A stretch of DNA of 62,326 nucleotides, counting the filler, from Sphacelaria rigidula (taxonomy: Eukaryota), in NCBI GenBank assembly GCA_964200075.2. It is 9 parts of 9 records of this genome, joined end to end, with 100 filler letters (N's around TTAATTAATTAA, not from the genome) between each part and the next. Parts side by side here need not be neighbours in the genome. Positions count along the whole stretch, not along the records: positions 34,684 to 41,519 come from CAXNAA020017837.1; positions 41,620 to 48,455 come from CAXNAA020017838.1; positions 48,556 to 55,391 come from CAXNAA020017839.1; 6 more parts are not named here. One strand, 5' to 3'. Numbering within the stretch: the stretch's first letter is position 1; every line of letters begins with the position of its first letter. A program made the position numbers and the translations under genes. This document shows, one piece after another, positions 38,861 to 49,760 of this stretch. The notes beneath the pieces were generated by a model, which was given only the letters and a program-made list of their open reading frames with translations, did not search any database and had not been told where the DNA came from.

Positions 38861-38945
38861 CTCGTAGTCCGAAGAAGATTTGAGTTTGTAGTCCCCCATG
38901 TTAGCCTCGGCCAGCGCGATGGCGGCCACGTCTCTGTCATCGTAC
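38861..38945 (-). CDS. CFAP44: Single exon resembling cilia- and flagella-associated protein 44 (WDR52)
   Basis: YDDRDVAAIALAEANMGDYKLKSSSDYE|gtgagg matches the CFAP44 motif D..DV.AI..A...MGD..LK...DY. The acceptor is ambiguous (CAG at 38934 or a damaged site near 38946). Confidence 0.7.
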
Positions 38946-40454
38946 CGCGTAGGTTGAAAACAGGGAAGCACATCATCGAAATTGCAGCGAAATGTACGGT
39001 ATTTGGCCGGAGGTATGCCGCTGCTTCGAGTAAGCCGGCTTCCGGCTACAAAACTCGACTAACCTTCATGCCAGAGGTACATGACACGAATGGATGCACG
39101 TAGCGCGTGCTACTCATTTTCAATGCGTTTATCGAAGCCATGGAGTATCATTGTGGGCTAACTCGTGGGAATAACCGTATCATTCACCATCACAATATTT
39201 AAGATGTCGGCGTTTGCCTATATAATCGTGCCTGTTGCCTGAGGAGAATAGCTGCGGTGTGCAGGCCGCTATGTGAAACGGGGTCCTTCAATACAGCGTA
39301 ACCAAAGGATCCGTGCACGATGAGAATATATATCATTTGATTTTCTTGTTTCGGATAAAAGTATATCTTGATATATCGCGAGGCACGTTCTCTTGTTACC
39401 ATGTGCTTTACTGTTGGCCAAAACCCACACATACACGGATGACCGCTGGTGCACATTGTCCGAATTTTGGAACGTTGCTAAGCCATCGACAATTTGAGCA
39501 GCATGCGTAGACCGTGAATCGGATCGCAAGGCGGATGTCCGGGGGTATAGGCGTATTTTAAAAGGCGACACGACGCGAAACCGGGTATGGTCGCAACCCG
39601 ACCCGCGCTCGACTCATTCATAACGCACATAACCTAGGGACGTTCCAAAAGGGGGATAACGTATACCAGCGGCCACTTGTGTATATGCACCCCGAGCGTA
39701 TCGAAAGCGAGAACAGATAACAAGACAAGAGTTTGTTTTTGCTTGTGCGTACTTCAGCCGCGGGGAAAAGGATCGGAGAAAAAGAATAGGTTGCTTTGTG
39801 GTATCACATCATTGTTGTAATGTTCTAGGACTCTCCCCTGACTAGGGATGAGCGGGGAAGGCGAGGGTAGCATAGACTCCGATTTTCCCCTGCCTGGCCC
39901 TATCGGTCGTCGACGTTTTTACTCGCCTTGTAACTTTAGCGGTATTCCTCAGCTGTGTATCCTGTACATGTATGGGTTGCTTCGTTCTTGTCTCTGATGC
40001 CCATCTTTCTGCCTTCCATTCCATGTTGATTAATTTTTTTCCCTTCCTCCTCTCTTCTTACTCTGTTTCCCTTCGTCTTCTCTTGTTTTGCCCTTTTGCT
40101 TCATTTTTTTGTATTGTTTCTGCCGGGGTATTATCTGTGTGGCGCCACTTGTAGAGCTCATGGGTGAGAATCCCTGCCCAAAGAGAGCGGCCGGCAGATG
40201 GCTGAGTCTCAACCTGCATCCAAGGTATTGTTTTGTCTTGTGCTATCTTTTGTTTTTTGCACAGCCCAGCCTACGTGCCTGACGACATGCGGCAGGGGGT
40301 TGCCAGATTTTTTTGTTATTTGTGTTTTGTTGTGAGTCGCTATCTGTCCCTACGGCTGCTTGATTTTCCTCGATCGGGTGTAAATGTGCGCAAGCGTTTT
40401 TTCTACCGGACGCCATGATGCAAAGGCCGGCCGTTTCTAGTCTTCTTTATCCGC

Positions 40455-40475
40455 CTTATTTATTTGTTTTTTCCT

Positions 40476-40506
<31 letters not shown>

Positions 40507-40950
40507 TTTTTCTCTTTTTTTTTTTCTTCTTTTTCTTTTTTTTATCTATTTTCCTTTTCACTCTACTCTGTATGTTTCACCTTTCTGCTTTCTTCACTTT
40601 CTCTTAGTTAGCGAGTTTCCGTTTGTTTTATCCCGGGTAAGTCTATCATGAGACCACGGCTGGATCCATAGGGGATCAGTCAATACAAGACAATCAATGA
40701 ATCATTCAACTCATCAATGTCTTTTGCTCCTGTTCAGCTTTCATCGTTTGTTTCTCCGGGACCAGCTTTCGATCATAGTCTGGATTTTCGCTTGTTGTTT
40801 TCTTCTCCTCTCCTTTCCTCCACTTTCCTTTTTTTTTTCTTGACTTTCCGTTACTTCACCTCGCTTTCTTTCCTTTCCTTTCCTTTCCTTTTGTTCCGCT
40901 TCGTTCCATTTCGTTTCGTTTCCATTCCACTCCTTTCATTTTCCTTTGAT
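40455..40950. repeat. Pyrimidine-rich low-complexity tracts: poly-T and (TTTCC/TTCGT)n
   Basis: Directly visible. Confidence 0.85.
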
Positions 40951-42184
40951 TTGCTGCCCGCCTGCCTGATTTATTTTCGTTTGCAATCTACTCGTTTGCT
41001 CCCTGTTTCTTCATAAGTTATCTTTCTCAGGCCTGTTTTATCGACAATTTCCGTTATTTCTCTTAGGTGTGTCTACCTTGTAATCATGGCTGGATTTGTA
41101 GCCGGACTTAACGTCCACTCCCCTTCCTGCCCTGCGTTAGGCGCCATTGATTCCTCTAACCCTGCAGCTACGACTATACTGGTATATTTTATACTACAGA
41201 ACCTTCTGTACGTTAAAGTCAGCTACAATGGACGTTCGCACCGGCAGGCAAACGCAGAAAGTCGACTCCACCAACTGACAGTAAACGATCAATTATGCTA
41301 AAAAGAAGAAGACTGGTGGTGTATCGATCGACCGTCCTTTCGAAACGCTCTTTGATTGATTGACTAAATGATTGATGATCGCACCTTAACCGATCCCCAG
41401 GAATCCAGCCGTGGCCATACAAATGGTAAACGCAATGGAGATGAAAACATAATGAACACACTCACTGCTCATCGAAAACAAATAGGAGGGGGGTGTACTC
41501 ATGATCATGCATGCCATAGNNNNNNNNNNNNNNNNNNNNNNNNNNNNNNNNNNNNNNNNNNNNTTAATTAATTAANNNNNNNNNNNNNNNNNNNNNNNNN
41601 NNNNNNNNNNNNNNNNNNNTGGTTCTGGAGGTTAGTGTTAGGTGGTGGGTGGGGTGTGGGTGGTGCGGGGTGGTGGGGGGGGGTGATGAGGTGATGAGAC
41701 CAGGATCACGACCTCGCTGAGGCTCGTTTGTGGAAGTAATTACTGAGCAGCTTAGGGCCAGGCACAACGATTTCGTCACAGAGGAATGACAGCGGCCACC
41801 CTCAACACTACTGCCCACACTCTTTTCCCGTGTTCCTCATGTGGGGTACACGACGACGCTGGAGAAACTACTGGAGCGCATCTGCAAGCCTTGTCTAGTC
41901 TCTCTAGCCTTGCTATCAGACGGTACGGGTTGGCAGCCAACCCACAGTATCCACAGGAGCAGTAGATGACGGTAGTACCTGTTAGATGTGATCGATCCAA
42001 TGTCACGTCAGGCGGCCAGCGTATTTCCTGCAGGATTGAACGAAAATCTCGTCCACACGAGTTGCTACATCGGCCGCAATGAGTGTTCCTACAGCAATAG
42101 CTTGTCACCTTTCCGCCGACGTAGTTCCTTATTTGAGTACGTCTGGTGTTTATCCTCTCGGTTTTTCGTTGATCCTTTTCGCAG

Positions 42185-45100
42185 GAGCGGCGAAAATTTG
42201 GAGCACTAGGATGGTGCATACCGTACGAGTTTAACGACGGTGATCTTAACGCGTGCGTGACCTTTTTGGAGAAGCACCTGTACTCAGGCTCTGTTTCCTG
42301 GCCTACCGTGCAGTACATGGTGAGCGCAACAGACGAGTTCGTCGATTGGACTAGAAGTCGGCGCTACCTTTTCTATGGGTCGATTGACCTATGGCTGTAC
42401 CCTTCAGTACGATTTCTAAATCGCCGTGCAGTGGTAGTTTATAGGTACAGTAAACAGTGCAGCGACAGCCCTGGGATCTCTGTTATTCTGCGGAAACATT
42501 TCCATTTTGAGCAGTTGCAGTCCGCAAAATCGGTTTTGTAAGCTAATCTCACTTCACATCGTGAAACCGTCGTTGGTGATATGATGTTCACTGCTGCTAG
42601 GGCGGTCGAACAACTCGCTAAAACCAAGAGCGAGGAAAATGCCGCAGAAGAGTCTTAGTGGTGACGCATGTCCCCAGAAAGGTTCACCTACACGAGACCG
42701 AAGACGTCACCTCCAAAATCCTCGCTGGAAGCATGAATATTCCACTCTAAGCTTACGCGGAAGCCGACAGCTCTACCACCACCTGTGCTTACACTTCTCA
42801 TAAACATCCAAGGAAAAATCTGAGCTTTGCTCAACCATGTGGAGTAATGTGTGCGTCTGGGTTTGCTTGAACTCACCTGGGCAGGTGGGCGAGGTCCAGT
42901 ACGGCGGGAAAATCACCGACGACTTGGATCGGCGTTTATTCAAAGCGTACGCGGAAACCTGGATGGGTCCGGCGGCACTCTCGTCTTCGTTTTGTTTCAA
43001 CCCTAGTGTCCCGATGCAGGGCGTGGCTAGGTTCAAGTACGTCATCCCGGAGAGTCAAGAGGTGAGTCCAAGTTTCATCGAGTTCGGAGATGGCCTGAAG
43101 GCGCCATCACTCATGTCTCGGAGAACCACCCCTGAATATAGGTCGATGAAGTAAGATATGAAAACGCAGGGAAGTGCTGTTTGTTGTAACATTGCCGCAG
43201 GTTTCATACTTGAGCCAGACGTGGAAGTAATCGCTTCACTCGGCAGCACAAGAAAGACAAGGAACCACTAATCGAAATGTTGAGTTTCATACCCCTCGGC
43301 TTTTGCATATTCCCGACAATCCGCCATGTCTGTAAGGTGGAGGACTACATAACCTTTATACAGAGCTTCCCAGGCGTAGACGGACCCGAGGTATTCGGGT
43401 TGCACCCCAACGCCGATCTCACGTTCCGAAATAAGGAAGGACAGCAGCTACTGGCTACATTGATGGAGACGCAGCCGAAGCAGGCGGCCGGGAGCACGGG
43501 TCGCACACGGGAAGACATGGTGCGCCGTGTACTGTAGCGATTTCAGCTTATGATGGTCCCTCAAGACTTTGGTATTGTGTGCGGTGAATGCTCCACCGGC
43601 GGTCACGGGATGCGTTTATACTATCATTGTCCATTCCCAGCTTGTTTTTGAAACAACGTCGAGGGCATATTCGAGTGTGTGATTGTTTTACTCGACACAT
43701 TCATTTTCATCGGCTTTCCGACAGGTCGTGATCAATCGTAGCATATGCATCTAATGTCATTCTGTTTCCCCCTGCAACCGCATGATTTATTCGCCCCAGA
43801 AAGTCAATCCTCGGCATGTGATTGATCTCTGGTTTGAACCCGGTTGCACGGGGACGATCAGGTCCTTGAAAAATGCTCTGAGCTGCTAGCGGCAGTACCC
43901 GAAGGATTCACGGAAGCCGCCTACCTGGAGAGTATTGCTGCGCAGGGCGGACTGGGGGTGCCCCTCAATATATTCCTCATGCAAGAAGTACAGCGACTGC
44001 AGCTGGTCATTGTGAACGTTGGTGGAGTGCTAAAGGTGAGGGCCGCGAGAGCCGGCATTCTACGGTCAGACGCTGCGCTTGTTTAGTATTCGACGCCTCG
44101 AACGAAGTCTGGTGTGGGAGATTGATATGGACCCGCCTTTGCCCTTCCCCTCTCCATACCTCGATAGTTGCAGCTGGCTGAATGCTCGTACGTCGCACGC
44201 TTGCAGAAGAAGGTGAATGACGGGTATCGCAGAATGCGGTCTGATACAAAATATCTGGATTCGCCTCGTTGAGCGCGCGTGTAATCGTACGCTGTAGCAG
44301 TAGACAGACCATAGGCGCTCTCTCCCGACTCACTAAGCATGCGCCGTTTCTTGAATGAGCGTAAGTTTCCTATGACCTGGCGAAAGAAAAACTGTCAACG
44401 GCAGTGGTCCGTTGACAACCGTTTATACGGCCAGTGATTGTCGCTTAGCCCTGAATCTTTGTCCGTTGCTACTCCCCTACGCTACCGCTGGACGGGGTCT
44501 CTCTCTACAGACCCTCCTCCAGGCCATTCGGGGCGAAGTAGTCGTCACCGAGGATCTGATGTCCGCAATAAACGCCGTCTACGATGCACGAGTGCCTCAC
44601 CAGTGGATGTTTAGCTATGGAGGAGATGAAATTTCCTGGATGTCGGCATCTCTTGGACTGTGGTTCTCGAGCTTCACCGCAAGAAACGATCAGCTTTCTG
44701 GCTGGCTGTCGGGGGGACGACCGCCGTGCTTTTGGATCACTGGTTTTTTCAACCCTCAGGTGGTACATGCGGTTCTTGGTTGCGCTTGTGTACCGCCAGG
44801 GAATTAATTTTGCGAGCGACTTCCGTCAATCGTGCACTGTGTTTTTTGCGTAGGGCTATCGCGCATCATCGTTTACAGGCTTATCCCGCACCTGCAGCTG
44901 AAAGCTACTGTACGGAGCAATACCTCAGGGTTGCCCCTTCGCTCTCCGTGGAACTGCATCGTAGTCGTTCTGTACTTCGCTCATATGACCGGCGTACACG
45001 TCGCCGTGTGCTTCGCGACATCCAGGGCTTCGTAACGGCAGTCCAGCAAGAGGTCACCCGAGCGCACAAGGCTGATCGATGGAGTCTAGACGGCGTCGTG

Positions 45101-46087
45101 CTGCACACGGAGGTGAGGGATTTGCGACATACCTGCGTCGAGTGCGATACAGGTACCTGCGGTTCAATGTCAGCTCTGTCTAGAAAGATGCAGGTCAGAC
45201 ACACTCGGTCTTGGAAAAAGGCTGTACTTTTGAAAGAACAAGAGTGGATCTGATGTCCATTGTGGACGACGTAAGAGGTTATTCAGGATCAATGACATCC
45301 ATATTGTGTATCTTGAGTCGTTTGTAAGAAGTACAAGTTGACCGTGTCGCACTCATCTATCGTGTAGGTGCACTTGCCAATCGTTTACTTTCAAGTCCAG
45401 GGATACAACTTCTTCATGCTAGAATACGGAGCCCGTTGAAGTCGGCAATAACCCATCGGCTAGTGGACTCGTTGCGGTGATTGCTCTACATGCTGAAGCA
45501 TCGGTACGTGCGTCCAATTCTACGCAGGTGACCGAATTCGAGAAGTCAGAACAAATCAAGGCTCCTCCGAAAGAGGGTGTGTACATTCACGGATTGTACC
45601 TCGACGGTGCGCAATGGAATCGCAGCGAAAACAGGTAACCAGGAGAAATTTAGTCGCAATATCACATTCCATGTACCCATCTATCGTATCCTATCGCTAT
45701 CAGTGCGTCGTCCGACGGTTTGAATGGTTTTACCGTCAACGAAAGTGTCTGCTAGGGATGCAATGGCCTTGAACAACCTATCGACTAAATGCTTCCGTCT
45801 GATCGTGCATGTTGCCAATACACAGCTTGGTGGAATCCAAGCCCAAGGAGCTCTTCAGTAGTGTGCCCGTGATGTACGTCACGGCGATCACCAAAGCACA
45901 GCGGAAGGGGCTAAGCGGCGACTACGGTCCACACGGCGGATTTGACTGTCCTGTGTACAAATACGCTCTCAGGACTGACAAGTACATCATATTCCTTGTA
46001 ACTCTCGCCGCGAGAACCAGGCCTCCGAGCCACTGGACATTGAGAGGTGTTGCGCTGCTCTGCGGCTCGGGGGATACCGTCCAGTAG
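42185..46087 (+). CDS. DNAH5: Axonemal outer-arm dynein heavy chain (gamma; DNAH5/DNAH8/ODA2-type), last 8 exons: 42185-42319, 42885-43061, 43337-43519, 43862-44035, 44511-44759, 45026-45112, 45528-45634, 45826-46087
   Basis: All introns are GT-AG and phase-consistent. Motifs [101 protein letters not shown]; stop at 46085-46087. Confidence 0.96.
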
Positions 46088-46660
46088 TAGATACGGTAGG
46101 TGTACCTGGGTACCCGACGATGAGAGGCAAGGCCACGCGCATGGAAAGCGGAAAGGCCTGCTTGGTGCCATACTGATAAATTCTTCTCATTCAAGTTGGG
46201 CTGCTTGGACTGCGAAGAAGTTCCTCTCTCTTTAGCCTACTTGTGTAGAAATGTAATGGTTATCGGTAGAATATACGCAATGTATTTTCTTTGAGCCTCA
46301 ATACATGAGTTATTGTGCAACCTCTCTCTGGGTTATTAGAACCATGTGGGGATTCCATCTAGAATATCATTTCCGTGTGTGATGTCCATCGAGGATGTCC
46401 ACCCTGGGTATGGACCCCTCACCTCTAGACTCTTGGGTTGGCGTCGAGTGGCAACGGCGCTGTAAAACAAGCCACCACAGCCTAGACAAATGTACCGACT
46501 GTCACCGTACATATACCGGGAACCGCCACTACACAAAGAAAGTCCTGGACCGACGGACACAACTTTCAAGAACAATAGCAACCCAATGGTTTCCCCCCGG
46601 AAACACACAAAATGGATATAGACATTTTATACCGAAGATGATCATTTTCCCTATTGAAAA

Positions 46661-47099
46661 CACTGGATCTTACAAATTGGGGATGGATCTTTTATTGGGG
46701 ATGAGAAACCCGGAGAATTAAGACCTTCGTATCCACACCAAATCTTCGATTTATGGTTCCATTTCTTCACCTACTGATAGCTATTGACAACTGCTACACG
46801 CCATATAAATTTGGATTTCGATCACCGAAGTGATGGGATCCTAGGTGAAAAACCAATTTCAGAACCATTTGAGTGTCCGTTCGGACACGCGGAACTCCCC
46901 AAATTGGTTTTTCACCTGGGATCCCCACCTTTCGCTTATCGAAATTCAAAATTCTATGGCGAGTAGCAGTTGTCAATAGCTATCAGTAGGTAAAGATATG
47001 GAACCATATTTCGAAGCTTTGGTGTGGATACGAAGATTTTAATTCTCCGGGTTTCTCATCCCCAACAAAAGATCCATCCCCACTTTGTAAGATCCCGTG
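46661..47099. mobile_element. 439-bp foldback MITE (CAC.GGATCTTACAAA...TTTGTAAGATCCCGTG)
   Basis: Palindromic along its whole length. A full-length sibling lies at 61175-61615. Confidence 0.92.
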
Positions 47100-47194
47100 T
47101 TTTTACTACTTCCTTTTCCTCAGGCATTCTGTTTATCATTCCTTTCTAGTGCTTTCCTGCTTTTTTTTTTCTACATTTCTCCCTTCTTCTTTTT

Positions 47195-47435
47195 TCAACC
47201 TACCATAACACAGCCCGGACATAGCCATGAAAGAGAGAACCTAACCCTCCTTTTTCTTTGACCTACCAGAACACAGCCCGGACATGGACGTGAAATAGAG
47301 AATCGAACCCTCCTTTTTATTTAACCTATCATAACATAGCCCGGGCATAGGCATGGAATACAGAAGCTAAGTCTCCTTCTTATTTAACGTACCAGAACAC
47401 AGCCCGGACATAGACATGGAATACAGAAGCTAACG
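47195..47435. repeat. About 62-bp tandem repeat x4
   Basis: aacctacca.aacacagcccggacatag.catg.aata.agaa.ctaac units. Confidence 0.88.
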
Positions 47436-47476
47436 ATCCTTTTGACGAGAGTGGACGAGGTGTAGAAGTGCTGACC

Positions 47477-47634
47477 CTGTAATGCGTGAGAGGACCGCGT
47501 GCTTAGGGGACCGCATCGTAGTTCGAATGCCCCTGATCCTAACCCCAACACTAACCCTAACCCTAACCCTAACCATAGGGATGTTGAAGATCCGATGCAG
47601 TCCTCTAAGCACGCAGTCCTGTCACGCATTACAG
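47477..47634. mobile_element. MITE, CTGTAATGCGTGA-TIR family with an internal (CCCTAA)n tract
   Basis: About 40-bp TIRs; interior ctaaccccaacactaaccctaaccctaaccctaacc. Confidence 0.88.
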
Positions 47635-49760
47635 ACTCGATCCTTTAAAGTGAAAACTATCAAGGAGGTACTGCACCGGGCGAAAGAATGATCGAACCTT
47701 TGGGACTACGGACTTGTCGCGAGGAAGGTCAGGGGGTGAAATTATGGCAAGAAAAAAACATGAGAAGTCTCCACCGCGGCATGTTTCCAGCATCACTATC
47801 GAGTCTTTGACTGTGGAATAGGTGTCTAGCTTACACATTTCCCCGGGCCTATTATGGCGCTACAGTGATCTTTTTGCATCATAACATACGTATATGTGCA
47901 CGAGGGTGACATGTTACAGTCTTCCACATTACAGGAGAATGGATGGGTGTATGATGAAACCGATTGTATCAAGTTGTCCCGGCTTGCTGTGCCTGCATCT
48001 CAGCGGCACCTTTTTTGGCAGGCGCCTTGCCTTCGCATTCGTGGCGGTGTGCTGCCGACTTGCCACATAAAAGTTGTCAACGGCGGAAACAGAGTACCGG
48101 GTTATGCTACGATATAGGGGGGAGGGGGATTTGGGGCCGTTTTCTTCCACGAAGTTCTACTTGAAATCGTCGTTGATAGCAACAATGGTTGTTCGCACGC
48201 GCTTGCTTCCGATAAATAGCGCTCGTTCACATTACTCGACACCGCTTTTACCCAAATGCAAGCGCAACGCGAGTGTCTTAGGCCATCTGAAACATCTATG
48301 AGACCATTTTTTCGTGGAATCACCCCCCCCCCCTCCCTATCGTGGCCTGGTTAGACACCCATGAGGCAGTGTAAAAGCCATGGCTGCCTCTGGAAGTTGC
48401 GATACCACAGAATAAAGCAACTCATCCTTGGCTGCCATCCAAATACAAGATAACCNNNNNNNNNNNNNNNNNNNNNNNNNNNNNNNNNNNNNNNNNNNNT
48501 TAATTAATTAANNNNNNNNNNNNNNNNNNNNNNNNNNNNNNNNNNNNNNNNNNNNTAGTATGGGCGAACCCCCCCCCCCCCCCCCCCCTCAGAAGGTCGA
48601 AAATAAAAAAATGGGAGTGTGGGTCCAGGATTTGTGTTTTGTGCCCTCTTGGCGAATGTTTCCATTTTGTTTGTCTTTCTGGTTGGTTATCATGTGACCA
48701 CGTCTGGATCCCTCAAGGATCAATTAAAGAGCGAAAATTAATCAATCAGTCAATCAATCAGTCAGTCAGTCAATCAAGGCCCTTGGGAAATGCCGCCACG
48801 TGACCCCTTGGACAGCAGGAAACGAAATTGTTACTGTACTTTAGCTTGATTCTGTGTACATGTACTGAAAATACGCAATGCGGATTTTTGCTACTGTTCT
48901 GTCGAACCCATGCATTGGTCCGTGTCATCTACAGAATATCTTTTTGATATTCGTTTCATCGACGCACCGATGTATCAGTATCGTCACGCAAGGGCACAAC
49001 CCGTGCCGGAACCGCGTTCCCGAGCTGGTGAGGGACCCCACCGGAGGCGGAAAAAAAAAGTTTGGGTATCATCTCTCCTTGAAATCAGCCCCCGTGTTGA
49101 CCTCCCCAACGGTAGCTTCCTTATGCGCACGAAATTGAATTCGGCCGACAAAAATACGCCGAGAATGAAAAAAGACAAGAGATGCATCTCCGGTTCAGTG
49201 CCGCTCGCTGAGGGATGCAACCCGTTTATATCTTTTTGCGGTAGAAACAAGATGCTGCTGGCGGTGTTGTTACTGCTTCTGGTTACCCGTTGGGGGTTGC
49301 GTTGCTGCAGCAAGCCACTACAGGCCGCCCTCACAGCTAGATGGTGGCGATGGCATGGAACAACACGATGGCCGCACTAATATGCGAACGAGGGCTTCGT
49401 GAAGGGCTCCGACCACTTGAATGTCGGCAAATGCATTTATATGTGTACGAGTAGTCATACTACAGAGGTGCGCTGGCGAGGAAACAGTATGCTGGCTGCT
49501 GATTCTCCCTGGGGGAAAGTGCTTTCGCATTGTTAGTATGCGAATGTCGCTGCGTATCCCAACTTCACACACCGTACAGCGGACATTGGTGTTCAAAGGG
49601 CTGAAAGAACAAGAGGTATACCTCCAAGAATGTAGCAGAACAGGCAACAGGAGTGGTGTTAGCTTTTACTTTTTTGCTGCCGATCATCTTGTGGATTTCT
49701 TTTGCCGTTCATCTTCCGAGACAGAAAACGGGATTTAACTTTTATTCTCTGCGAACCCAG

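Noticed and set aside
47195-47435. CRISPR-like appearance of short tandem arrays (also 11415-11735, 26805-27190, 36265-36425)
   Set aside because: The units are similar along their whole length with no unique spacers, there are no cas genes, and the context is eukaryotic.
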